From: Pseudomonadota bacterium
Lineage (GTDB): Bacteria; Myxococcota; JACRCW01; JAFGSX01
Direction of reading: 5' to 3'
DNA: 64,000 bases
Assembly (NCBI GenBank): GCA_043821645.1
Contig: JBDRCO010000051.1
Location: 1 to 64,000, forward strand
How positions within the stretch are numbered: the stretch's first letter is position 1; each line of letters starts with the position of its first letter. The position numbers and the translations under genes were made by a program. A model generated the notes under the pieces. That model did no database searches. It had not been told where the DNA came from and saw only the letters and a program-made list of their open reading frames with translations. Shown here piece by piece: positions 29,104 through 38,558 of this stretch.

Positions 29104-31718
29104 GGAGAAGCATCCTTCGACGCTGCGGTGGTGTCCGAGGCCACAGGCAGGCAGAGCTGGGCCGCACCTTCGGCCGCGGAGCGGGGAACCTTGTCGATGA
29201 GGAAAGCAATGCACACCTGGCCGTCCGTGGGCAGATCCTGCGACAGGTTGAGACTGGAATGGTGCTGCACGTGGTCGCCTGGCCGCCAGCGGGCGGGGAG
29301 ATACACGCCGTCCGTGGTCTCCTTGCGGTTCGCTCCGAGTCGCTTGCTGTCCTTGTTCTGAATAGCCACCTCGATCTCGAACTTGCCGCCCTCGAATGGG
29401 CCGTCCGACGTCAGCACGACATCCACGTCGACACGCCGCGGAGAGAGCGGATTGAGATGCACCGCCTCGATGCGGGGGCCCCCCTCGAAGCTGGTCGACA
29501 CTTTCTGGTAGGTCGCGGGGACCGTGCGCAGCAGCACGCTCCCCAGCTGCTTTCCTGCGATGTAGGCGATGGGTGCCATGCGCCGGTTCAGCTCACGCCG
29601 CAGCTCGATGACCCGGTGCGGCAACTGCTCGGCCAGGTTGGTGGTCTGGGCAGGATCCGCTGTGCGATCGAACAGCTCGATGTAATTGCGCGTCTGGTCG
29701 TAGTGGAGCTGATAGGGCGAGGTCAGCAGCGAGAAGTCCCGGGTGTAGCGCGTCTGCTCGAGCAGCAGGGAGCGCTCGGCAAGCGGGGTCCCCTGGACCA
29801 GCAGCGGAGCCAGACTGCGGCCCCGAACAGGGGTCCTGACGTCGAGGCCAGCGAGTTGCCACAGGGTCGGCGCGAGATCGATCAGCCCGACCAGGTCGGG
29901 GACGCGTCGAGGCGTCACGCCAGGGATGCGGACCATCCAGGGCACCCGGGTCTCCTCGGCATAGGTCGTGTGCCCGTGAAACTCGATGCCGTGTTCGCCA
30001 AAGGACTCCCCGTGGTCGGCGAACACCATCACGATGGCGCGCTGGTCACGGCCGGAGTCTGCGATGGCCTGCAACACGGTGGTGAAGGCGGCATCGACGT
30101 AGTGCAGCTCGGCGGCGTACTGGCTCCGGCGATCGGTCCCGAAGAGGCGGTGTGCTGCAGGTGCCTCGTAGGGAAAGTGCGCATCGACAACGTGCATCCA
30201 CAGCAGGAGCGGCTGGGTGAGGGGTGCCGCCCGCAGCACCTCGCTCCCCGCCTCGCTCACGGCCTGGGCAAAGCTACCCTTGGGGTCGCGCGTCAGCGCA
30301 CGCCACTCACCGAAGTCGCGATCCAGCCCCAGCTTGTCGAGCTGCAGCCCCGCGGTGATCGCCACGGTGCGGTATCCAGCCGAAGCAAAGGGCGTTTGCA
30401 GGAGCGGGAGATCCGCAGGCACCTGCGTCGCGCGGACCGCCGAGAAGAAGCGCGGGAGCTCGCTGGTGAAGCGAGAGCTGAACATGCTGACGAAGGAGGG
30501 CATGGTCCAGCTCGACGGGGACACGGCGTCGTCCAGGACCACCGCTTGTCGGGCAAAGGCGTCGAGGTTGGGCGTCCGTTCCTGCCCGGCACCGTACACG
30601 CCAAGTGCGTCGCGGCGACAACCGTCGATGCTGAACAGGATGATGTCAGGCCGCGACACCGTCAAAGGCACGGGCTCGGCCGGTGCCGCTGCGGCCAGAG
30701 GAGGGGGAGCCTGCAGGTCCCCGTCAAAGCAGTCCTCGTCGATGCCGTTGTCCGGAATGTCGACAGCACCCGGGTACACGAAGGGATCCCAGGCGTCGCA
30801 ATCGCCTCCACCCAGGAGCCACGGCACACCATCACCGTCGAGGTCGAAGCGGTCGGACCAGAAACTCAGCAGCTGGGACGCGGTGCGCCCCGAAGTGGAT
30901 AGCAGCGCGCGCGCGCGGACATCAAAGGGCGCCACGGCCAGGCCGACGACCAGCAGGGCCGCCAGGGCTCCTGCAGCGAGCAGCCAGGTCCCCGTGAGAC
31001 GTGGGGTCAGCCGTCGAGCCAGCCGTGCCGGCATCAAGGCCGTGCAGGTCGCCAGGACGCCGAGGGCAGCCACCGGCAAGTACAGGCGCCAGCCGTCGAT
31101 CTCCTTGAACAGCGTCCGCTCCTCGACCACGGCAAACACGGCCAGCAGCACGCCGCCGAGCAGCACCAGCACCACGCTCGTCCGCGCATGCATCACGACC
31201 GCCAGCGCTGGCCAGCGTGCCAGTCTGGTCAGGAGCGAGGCCAGCACGGCACCCAGCACGACACAGAGCACCGCCAGCACGAGAAGGCTGAGGGTCACCG
31301 ACGCTGCGACCAGGCGCGGAGTGTTGAACGATTCGACGAAGTACTGGCTGAGCCGCACTCCCGTGACCAGGAAGACACCGAGGCTGGCCAGCGCAGACAG
31401 CTCGCGCGCTCCTCGCCCGGGCTCACCGTGGCGTCCCAGCAGACGATCGCGCAGGCCTTCGCGCAGGTTGGAGGGGAACAGATGCAGTTCTGCTGGACCG
31501 AGCAGCGCCAGCAACCCTGCGAGCACCGCCAGCACGATACCCAAGCTCAGCGCGTACAGCCCACACAGGGTGAGGGCCACAGCCAGCACGTCGGTGGCGC
31601 CGCTCATGAAGCGCGCCGAGGCCGGAACCAAGCGTTGCAGATCGCCTGCCACGAGCAGCACGATGGCGAGCAGCGTACCCGGGAGCAGCACGCCGACTCC
31701 TTCGGCCAAGCGCTTCAC
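29100..31718 (-). CDS. Membrane-anchored sulfatase/alkaline-phosphatase-superfamily transferase with a MopE-like Ca/Cu-binding motif
   Basis: About 7 TM helices, DLDGDG...DCD...YPGAVDIPDNGIDEDC motif, SIDGCRRD, SWTMPS, ADHGE, HGHT. Confidence 0.82.
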   Translation of the reverse strand: MKRLAEGVGVLLPGTLLAIVLLVAGDLQRLVPASARFMSGATDVLAVALTLCGLYALSLGIVLAVLAGLLALLGPAELHLFPSNLREGLRDRLLGRHGEPGRGARELSALASLGVFLVTGVRLSQYFVESFNTPRLVAASVTLSLLVLAVLCVVLGAVLASLLTRLARWPALAVVMHARTSVVLVLLGGVLLAVFAVVEERTLFKEIDGWRLYLPVAALGVLATCTALMPARLARRLTPRLTGTWLLAAGALAALLVVGLAVAPFDVRARALLSTSGRTASQLLSFWSDRFDLDGDGVPWLLGGGDCDAWDPFVYPGAVDIPDNGIDEDCFDGDLQAPPPLAAAAPAEPVPLTVSRPDIILFSIDGCRRDALGVYGAGQERTPNLDAFARQAVVLDDAVSPSSWTMPSFVSMFSSRFTSELPRFFSAVRATQVPADLPLLQTPFASAGYRTVAITAGLQLDKLGLDRDFGEWRALTRDPKGSFAQAVSEAGSEVLRAAPLTQPLLLWMHVVDAHFPYEAPAAHRLFGTDRRSQYAAELHYVDAAFTTVLQAIADSGRDQRAIVMVFADHGESFGEHGIEFHGHTTYAEETRVPWMVRIPGVTPRRVPDLVGLIDLAPTLWQLAGLDVRTPVRGRSLAPLLVQGTPLAERSLLLEQTRYTRDFSLLTSPYQLHYDQTRNYIELFDRTADPAQTTNLAEQLPHRVIELRRELNRRMAPIAYIAGKQLGSVLLRTVPATYQKVSTSFEGGPRIEAVHLNPLSPRRVDVDVVLTSDGPFEGGKFEIEVAIQNKDSKRLGANRKETTDGVYLPARWRPGDHVQHHSSLNLSQDLPTDGQVCIAFLIDKVPRSAAEGAAQLCLPVASDTTAASKDASP

Positions 31719-33487
31719 GTCCGTCGCCTCCTCCCCAGCAACCACCAGAGAACCAGCACGGCGGGCAGTGCCAGCACCGACGACAGCAGGAACCCGTTGA
31801 GATAGGCCGGGCGGTAGCTCAAGGTCAGGTCCTGGTCTCCCGCGCTCAGGTCCAGTGCCAGCATGCCGTCGGCGCTCACCACCTGTCCCTGGCCCCGCTT
31901 CAGCCGCCAGAAACGATGGTAGTTCTGGTTGATGAGCAGCCTCGCCGGTTGCTCAAGGTGAGCTTGCACCCGCCAGGTGTTGGGTGTGATGGCAATCGCG
32001 TTGATCTGACCTGCCGTGTTGGGCTCGAGCCGCGCCTGGGGCCCCTTGCCACGCCAGATCCCTCGGGCGGTGGGCAGCGGATTCACCTCGTAGCAATTCG
32101 GCGTGCCCTCGTTCTGGCGCACGCGCCACCACATGTCATTGCCGCTGCCATTCCCCTGGAACAGCTCCTGGGTAATCCCCGGAACCGGCTTGACGCGGAA
32201 GCCAGGCCACCACAGCCGGCCACTCGTCACGCCCATGTCCAGCGCAGTGCCCAGCAGCAACAGGTAGGCTCCTCGACGCACGGGCCAGGCCAGCCAGCGC
32301 CGGCGCACCCGCCGGGCCCAGTCTTCACATCGAAAATCGAGCCAGTTGATGAACACGCCGAACAGCAGCGCCAGGTGCAGAACCACGAGAATGCCGTAGC
32401 GCGACGGCACGCGCAGCGACTTGTACACCGGGACCTGGTGGAGCAGGGAATAGGGCGCCAGCCAGCCGTGGTCGCCCAGCATGAGCAACGAGAACAGCAC
32501 AACGGCCCAGACCCAGCGTCGCAGGGGCTCCTCGTCGCGACGGCCCCACAGCACCACGAAGGCCAGCAACGGCAGCGGGCCCACGTAATTGATGTACTCG
32601 TGCCACACATACTCGTGGCCGGGCAGGTTGCGCTCCAGCGAGCGCGACAGGAAAGCCTTGAGGTACAGCGTGAGGTCGAGCTTGTCATCGAGAGGGATGA
32701 GCCGAGGCTGTTCCCACAGGAACTGCAGCACGGGTCCCAGCTTGGCCGCGGAGACAGCCACGAAGACCAGGCCGGCAATCCCACCTATGGCCACTGGCCG
32801 CCACCGCGCGACCGGCGCCGTCACCAGGTCGTAGACGCCCTCGAACACCAGCAGCAGCAGGAACAAGGCCGTGGGGTAGATGCCGCCTTCGAGCACGGTC
32901 TCGGCCACGATCAAGCCGAGCAGAATGGCGTGACGCAGGTTGTCGCGCGCCGCACCGTAGGCGAGCAGGAGCCAGGGCAGGTACAGGAAGGGCAAGAACG
33001 CAGCGTGGCCGCCACCCGCGCGCATGGCGTGGAACCCGCACAGGGCGAACACCAGCGCCGAGGCCACCGCCGCCACAGTCGGTCGCCCCTCGCGCACCAC
33101 CAGCAGATGCATGCCGACGAGACCGAGCCAGAAATGAATCAGGATGAACAGCTTCTGCGCGATGGCCACGCCGAGGCCGAGAAAGAGCACGAAGTAGGGC
33201 GACAAGAACTGGGTCTGGGCATTGGCAAGGTGCGGCGTGCCACCACATCCCCAGGGGTTCCATAGCGGCAGCTCGTGGTACTGCAGCACGGTCGTGCGCG
33301 AGACCTCGTGCAGGTAGTGAAAGAAGCGCCAGTCCAGGTGGCCGCCGGCGTAGGTCGGGTGCACGTACAGAGGGCTGGTATAGACCAGGGCGACCAGGAA
33401 GTAGGCCACCCATGTCCGCAGCGACGGGCGGTCCCGCATCGCGCGCAGGCCGCGTCCAAGCAGGAGGGTACCGGGAGGCTGCCACAT
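31715..33487 (-). CDS. YfhO-like GT-C membrane glycosyltransferase
   Basis: PLWNPWGCGGTPHLANAQ, YVG, LRVPSRY, C-terminal LINQNYHRFW...YRP plus a terminal TM (alternative ATG at 33439). Confidence 0.8.
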   Translation of the reverse strand: MWQPPGTLLLGRGLRAMRDRPSLRTWVAYFLVALVYTSPLYVHPTYAGGHLDWRFFHYLHEVSRTTVLQYHELPLWNPWGCGGTPHLANAQTQFLSPYFVLFLGLGVAIAQKLFILIHFWLGLVGMHLLVVREGRPTVAAVASALVFALCGFHAMRAGGGHAAFLPFLYLPWLLLAYGAARDNLRHAILLGLIVAETVLEGGIYPTALFLLLLVFEGVYDLVTAPVARWRPVAIGGIAGLVFVAVSAAKLGPVLQFLWEQPRLIPLDDKLDLTLYLKAFLSRSLERNLPGHEYVWHEYINYVGPLPLLAFVVLWGRRDEEPLRRWVWAVVLFSLLMLGDHGWLAPYSLLHQVPVYKSLRVPSRYGILVVLHLALLFGVFINWLDFRCEDWARRVRRRWLAWPVRRGAYLLLLGTALDMGVTSGRLWWPGFRVKPVPGITQELFQGNGSGNDMWWRVRQNEGTPNCYEVNPLPTARGIWRGKGPQARLEPNTAGQINAIAITPNTWRVQAHLEQPARLLINQNYHRFWRLKRGQGQVVSADGMLALDLSAGDQDLTLSYRPAYLNGFLLSSVLALPAVLVLWWLLGRRRRT

Positions 33488-33499
33488 CGCCGGTGCCGC

Positions 33500-34261
33500 T
33501 CAGGCCCGGGGACCACTGCGGCGGGTCCGTCGCAGGCTGCGGCGCGCCCGTACCGTCAGCACCTCGAGCAGCATGCGCGCCGAGTCCAGCCCCAGCGACA
33601 CGCGCGATGCGTCCCGATGCTCCCAGTGCACGGGAACCTCGTCGACACGAAAGCAGCCCTCGGCCAGCAGCAAGATCTCGACATCGAAGGCGAAGCCATC
33701 CACGGTGGCGCTCGCGAACAGCTCCTGCGCGGCTTGAGCGGTGAACAGCTTGAAGCCGCACTGGGTGTCGCGAATGCGCGCCAGGCCCGCGGCCCGGATG
33801 ATCAGGTTGAAGGTGCGTCCCATCATTTCACGGTGCCAGGGCTGGCGCCGGCCCAGCATGGAGTCCGGCAGGGCCCGGGAGCCGATGGCAACGTCGGCAC
33901 CGGCATCGAGCCGTGCCGTGAGGACGTCCAGATCCTCGATGGGGGTGGAAAGGTCGGCGTCACTGAACAGTCGCCGCTCGCCAAGGGCGGCCAGCATGCC
34001 CATGCGCACGGCGTAGCCCTTGCCTCGGTTGGGCTTGTAGCTGAGGCACCGTATCCAGTCATGCTCGAGCGCATGGCGCGCTGCCACCGCGGCCGTGGCA
34101 TCCGTGCTGCCATCGTCGACCACGATGCACTCGACAGCATTCTCGAGAGAGCGCTGATGCACGAACTCGATGATGCGAAGCAGGCTGGGGCCCAGCCGCT
34201 CGGCCTCGTTGAAGGCCGGCACGATGATGGAGAGCGTGGGCAACTGCGAGCGGGGCATCAT
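33500..34261 (-). CDS. GT2 polyprenyl/dolichyl-phosphate glycosyltransferase (DPG synthase-like)
   Basis: SIIVPAFNE, VDDGSTD, NRGKG, DADLST, IGSR, DTQCGFK, FDVE. Confidence 0.92.
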   Translation of the reverse strand: MMPRSQLPTLSIIVPAFNEAERLGPSLLRIIEFVHQRSLENAVECIVVDDGSTDATAAVAARHALEHDWIRCLSYKPNRGKGYAVRMGMLAALGERRLFSDADLSTPIEDLDVLTARLDAGADVAIGSRALPDSMLGRRQPWHREMMGRTFNLIIRAAGLARIRDTQCGFKLFTAQAAQELFASATVDGFAFDVEILLLAEGCFRVDEVPVHWEHRDASRVSLGLDSARMLLEVLTVRARRSLRRTRRSGPRA

Positions 34262-34377
34262 CCCGGTCCCTGGCGTCGGAAAACAGAGCGCATCTTAGGG
34301 ATCGCTCGCCGCGCAAGTCAACGAGCTTTGTGGCTTTTTCCGTCGCTGAGCAAGGCGGACTGGCGAGTTCCACAGGC

Positions 34378-35895
34378 TCACTCGAGGTAGCTCAAGTCCT
34401 GCACCTGGAGCAGGTGCTCGTACACGCCCTCGCGGATCTCCTCGGGATCGAAGCTGCGCTGCTTTTTACCAGTGCGCTGTTTCTTGAAGGCCTCGAGGTC
34501 CCGGTAGCCGCGCATCTGCCGCTTGAAGGCGTCGAGCCTGGCCTCCGACATCGCCAGCGCGGCTTTCCACAGACTGGACTGCACGGGGTCCGAGGGCGCA
34601 GGCACCGCCTGCATCGCCTTCCACTGAAGCTGCACCTGCTCGTGAGCCGCCTGCAACTCGGGCGTCGGCAACCAGCCCGGGTCCCTCCACAGGGGCGCCT
34701 GCTGGGCAAAACGCAGCAGGGCCGCCTCGAGGTCGATGAGGGCACGCCGGTGGCGACTGTCGTCACCTGGTGCGGCGCTGAGCGCGCGCAGGGCCTGGGC
34801 GTCGAGCGTGCTGATGAGGCCTTCCGTGGCTTTGTGCAAGGCGACGAATCCCTGCACCAGGCGCGGGTGCAGGGCCTTGCCTCGAGCGCAGCCGTCGTCG
34901 AGGTAATCCTCGCCCGAGTAATAGGCACTGGCTTCCTTGAGCACGGGCCACAGATCGTCGACGACCTGCGCCAGCGCTCGCACCGCCCCGTGCACGTCGG
35001 TGTCCTCGCGGGTCGCCGCCACCGCCTCGGCACAGGACTCGCGAGCGTCGTCGTAGGGTGCATAGAGCCCGTAGCTGACATAGCGCTCCTGACAGCTGGG
35101 ACCTGCCTCCATGTCGACCCAGGCGGCGTAGCGATCCTGGCTTTGCAGGGCGCGCGGCACGGCGCGCTGCAAGCAGGCAATGGCCACGCCTGTCCCCCCC
35201 AGCGGCAGCACCTCGCGCTTCGCGGGCGGCGTGGCCACGGGCAGCACGGGCACGCTGGGCGTCGGGCTGATGGGGATGGGCGTGGGTGTTGCCGAGCCTG
35301 GGGTCTCCAGCGCTGTGCGCGAGGGCAAGCGAAAACCCTCGGGCACGCGCGCATCGAGCACCAGGACGCGGACCTTCGCAGCCGCACCGTTGTTCGACGA
35401 GGGGATGCGCGACACCAGACGCTGCACGGTGGGTGGCACCTGCTCGACCAGGCCTTCGAGACTCGCAGCACGCACCAGCTCACGGCCAGCCGCGCGCCCC
35501 GCCTGGGCGTCGTACAGGGTCAGCCCGAGCACCAGCGAGCGCTCCAGGGCTCCGATCTGGCTGATGACGATGAAGCGCGCCCCCAGGGCTCCCGCGATCT
35601 CGGCCAGGCACGCGCTGTCCGCCTCGTCACAACCGACCATCTGCTTCTCCGCCTCGAGGGCAATGACGGCACGCAGATCCGCACTCGATAGCACGTCGAG
35701 CCCGCCGTGGTTGGCGAAGGCCACGGTGGTGACGGTGGTCAGGGTTTCACCCAAGGCCCTCGCCGAGGCCTCGCGCTCTCGCACCGCAGCCTGGCCAGCC
35801 GGTGCCGCAGCCAGGAGATGTGGAGTGACGACGAACAGCCAGCCCATGGCGAGGGCTTGTAGTAGATGGCGAGGGCAGCAGACAGCAGGGTACAT
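34378..35895 (-). CDS. Exported fusion: CxxxxxC TolB-N-like domain + DUF3829/YiiG-like helical domain
   Basis: VGCDEADSACLAEIAGALGARF, Pro/Thr linker, YYSGEDYLDDGCARGKALHPRL. GGAGGA RBS. Confidence 0.7.
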   Translation of the reverse strand: MYPAVCCPRHLLQALAMGWLFVVTPHLLAAAPAGQAAVREREASARALGETLTTVTTVAFANHGGLDVLSSADLRAVIALEAEKQMVGCDEADSACLAEIAGALGARFIVISQIGALERSLVLGLTLYDAQAGRAAGRELVRAASLEGLVEQVPPTVQRLVSRIPSSNNGAAAKVRVLVLDARVPEGFRLPSRTALETPGSATPTPIPISPTPSVPVLPVATPPAKREVLPLGGTGVAIACLQRAVPRALQSQDRYAAWVDMEAGPSCQERYVSYGLYAPYDDARESCAEAVAATREDTDVHGAVRALAQVVDDLWPVLKEASAYYSGEDYLDDGCARGKALHPRLVQGFVALHKATEGLISTLDAQALRALSAAPGDDSRHRRALIDLEAALLRFAQQAPLWRDPGWLPTPELQAAHEQVQLQWKAMQAVPAPSDPVQSSLWKAALAMSEARLDAFKRQMRGYRDLEAFKKQRTGKKQRSFDPEEIREGVYEHLLQVQDLSYLE

Positions 35896-36026
35896 GGCAA
35901 TCCTCCTGCGCGGAGGTCGTATTGTACCGGAGGTGGCAGGGAATCGGGTTGATTCGTCCGGTTGTGGGGGCCGACGACCGTTCGACGTGAAGACAGCTAG
36001 GAACAACACGGACTGCGGGGTGGGAT

Positions 36027-36230
36027 TCAGTGCGCCGTGCGGCCGGCCTTGGAATGCTGCACGGCATCGTCGGCTGGACTTTGCAGGCGTGCGGCGGGGG
36101 CGGTCTGCTGGCTCTCGAGCTGGCACATGGGGCCACAGTGGCCCTTGCCCGGGTGCTTCCCCGAACGCAGGCCAAGCAGGGCACTCGCCACCACGGCGGC
36201 GACGAGAACAGTGAGGGTGACGATCCACAT
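36027..36230 (-). CDS. Small single-TM Cys-containing protein (weakly NqrM/DUF539-like)
   Basis: MWIVTLTVLVAAVVASALLGLR followed by GKGHCGPMC. Confidence 0.4.
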   Translation of the reverse strand: MWIVTLTVLVAAVVASALLGLRSGKHPGKGHCGPMCQLESQQTAPAARLQSPADDAVQHSKAGRTAH

Positions 36231-36421
36231 GCGTGCGCGTTCCTGTGCGTTCTCGTTGTGAGAGCCTGTCTGGGCCTCAAAGGTTCGGGGCCTGCTCATG
36301 CGTTCTTCTTAGCAGGTCCGCCACGCAGTGACTGGCCAGTACATCGCCATATGCGATATCCATGAGGACGACAGGCGGCGGCAGCCCCGTGACAACCGTC
36401 GCCGATTCGGTGGAGGCTGCG

Positions 36422-37483
36422 ATGTCCCGGCACTTCCGAGTGCAGGTGCGATTGCTTGGCACAGAGCCAGCGGTGTGGCGTGAGCTCGAACTCCCGGCGC
36501 ACCTGACCTTGCTCGGCGTCCACGAAGTGATCTTCACCGCCATGGGCTGGCGTTCCGCAACGGACTTTGCCTTCGAGATTGGCATGCGGCGACAGGCCAC
36601 GGTCAATCCCGACAACCTGTGGCAGGTGGGTGAGCGCCTCGACGCTACCCTCGCCGATCTGCTCAGCCGCAGTGGGCAACCGCTGCATTACATTCACGAC
36701 CTCGAGGTGCTGTGGGACCACGAGATCGAGCTGGTCGAGGTGGTGGAGCGCGAGGGCGACAGCCCCTGCTGCGTGAACGGCCAGGGCGCCTGCCCACCCG
36801 ATGACGCAGGAGGTCCCGCCACCTACAGGCACCTGCTCGAGGCCCTGGCCCACCCCAGCCACCGCGAGCACCACAAGGCACAGGCCGTGCTGGGTGCCGA
36901 CTTCAATCCCCAGGGCTTCGACCTGGAACATACCAGCCAGGCTCTCGCTGCGGCTGCACACGAGGACTGGCTGGAGCACGACGCCCCCTTCGCCGACGAT
37001 CTCGACGACATCGAGCCCGCCCTGGCGAAGGCCTATGACGCGGACCGTGGTCCCGACGTCGGCTTGTGGCTCGCCCTGAACCAGGCCGACATGATCGCGG
37101 CGGTGGAGTACTTCCACCTGCGCCAGCACCTGCGACGACGCAGCGAGGCCCTGCGCTCGCATGCCGTGCTGCACATGGCGATCGAGACCCAGGTCGCAGA
37201 GGGCCAACCCCCGGAGGCCCAGCAGGCGCTGCGACGGTTGCAGAAGCAAGGCGTGGACCGTCACGAAGCCATCCATGCGCTGGGCTCCGTGCTGTCTTCA
37301 CACCTGGGCAAGGCGCTGCAAACCGATCGCTTCGACGACGAGGCGTATGCCGGCGCCCTGGCTGTGATGGATGCCACCACCTGGCGCCGGGAGATGGGCC
37401 TTGGCCTGATTCCGGCGGTGATGAAGCGAGGCATCCGTCGGCACGGCAAGGCCCGTCGACGCACCGGGGAACCTATCACGTGA
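36422..37483 (+). CDS. pRiA4b ORF-3-like domain fused to a DUF1841-like domain
   Basis: PAVWRELELP, HEVIFTAMGW, WDHEI, GACPPDDAGG; C-terminal HAVLHMAIETQ...HEAIH. Confidence 0.75.
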   Translation: MSRHFRVQVRLLGTEPAVWRELELPAHLTLLGVHEVIFTAMGWRSATDFAFEIGMRRQATVNPDNLWQVGERLDATLADLLSRSGQPLHYIHDLEVLWDHEIELVEVVEREGDSPCCVNGQGACPPDDAGGPATYRHLLEALAHPSHREHHKAQAVLGADFNPQGFDLEHTSQALAAAAHEDWLEHDAPFADDLDDIEPALAKAYDADRGPDVGLWLALNQADMIAAVEYFHLRQHLRRRSEALRSHAVLHMAIETQVAEGQPPEAQQALRRLQKQGVDRHEAIHALGSVLSSHLGKALQTDRFDDEAYAGALAVMDATTWRREMGLGLIPAVMKRGIRRHGKARRRTGEPIT

Positions 37484-38517
37484 CGGCCTCCGCCCCACGA
37501 TCACCATCGGCGCACCGCAGGCGTCTGCGGATGCTGCGTCCCGTGCCGGGCTTCTTGTTGTGCTGCGCCACCGCGTGCAACGGAGCGTGCAGCGATCTGG
37601 TCGAGCGCCTGGGTGGCGCCTTCGACGACGTGGAACTCGAGGCGGGATCGGACACCACGCCGCAGGTAACCCCCGCCGTGGAGGCCCGTCCTCGTCCACC
37701 CATGGAGGTACGGGCCGCACCCGCTGTGCAGCACGCCCTGCTGCGCTGCCGGCTCACAGTCTCCTCGGCGCTCCGCGTGGCCATGGATCGCTACCGGACC
37801 TCGGTGGACCGCAGCAAGCTCGGCGACGGCAAGCAGATCTCGGTTCCCCCCGAGCTGGCGGTGGAGATCGAAACCTGCCGCCGTGCTACCGAGGACGCTC
37901 GCGAGCAGCCGGCATCGCTCGAGCTGCGAGTGTCCCAGGACGGCTACTTGGCTGCGCTGGCCGCGTTCGAGCCGGCACTGCGTGCGGTCTCGACCTACTA
38001 CCGTGGCCTCCAGTACATGGACGACGGCATGCAACACGCCGCGGACCTGCACGCCGTGTTCGATCGCACCTGGCAGGATCTGGAGCGCAGCGACCGCAAC
38101 CTGGCAGCTCTGCTGTGGCAAGCGGTGACGGCGGACCTCGCCGAACGCCGCGACCGCCTGCGCGGGCAAGACGCTCAGCGCGTGCACTGGATCTCGGCCC
38201 AGTTGCTGCTCTCAGCGGTGGAACTGCTGCGCAACCTGCAACAGCCCGCCCGCGGAGATCCCAAGAAGCGCCTGGCACAGTTTGCGGGCTGGCGTGCTGG
38301 CCTGGATGCGTACATCAAGGCCAACCCCGTGGACCTCCCTGCCAGCCTGCCCGATCCCGACGCTGCACGACGCCTGCAGCTGGCCGCCGCGCGCGTCGAG
38401 GAAGGTGGACAGCACGCCATCGGTGACGGTGAGATCCGCAATGGGCGGGGAACGTCCTTGGATGCCGTGGAAGCAGCCGTGCTCGAGATGGCCCTGGCCG
38501 ACACCGAGCTACGCTGA
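37480..38517 (+). CDS. Probable lipoprotein, DUF3829/YiiG-like
   Basis: GTGA overlap; Cys-rich signal region; YYRGLQYMDDGMQHAADLH resembles the motif in the 34378 gene. Confidence 0.6.
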   Translation: MTASAPRSPSAHRRRLRMLRPVPGFLLCCATACNGACSDLVERLGGAFDDVELEAGSDTTPQVTPAVEARPRPPMEVRAAPAVQHALLRCRLTVSSALRVAMDRYRTSVDRSKLGDGKQISVPPELAVEIETCRRATEDAREQPASLELRVSQDGYLAALAAFEPALRAVSTYYRGLQYMDDGMQHAADLHAVFDRTWQDLERSDRNLAALLWQAVTADLAERRDRLRGQDAQRVHWISAQLLLSAVELLRNLQQPARGDPKKRLAQFAGWRAGLDAYIKANPVDLPASLPDPDAARRLQLAAARVEEGGQHAIGDGEIRNGRGTSLDAVEAAVLEMALADTELR

Positions 38518-38558
38518 GGGATTTCTCGTCCGCGGTGCGCCAGCCCGGCGAGGCCAGC

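Noticed and set aside
36422-37483. pRiA4b ORF-3 domain as a sign of a plasmid or IS
   Set aside because: The domain is common on chromosomes; no transposase or terminal repeats are nearby.
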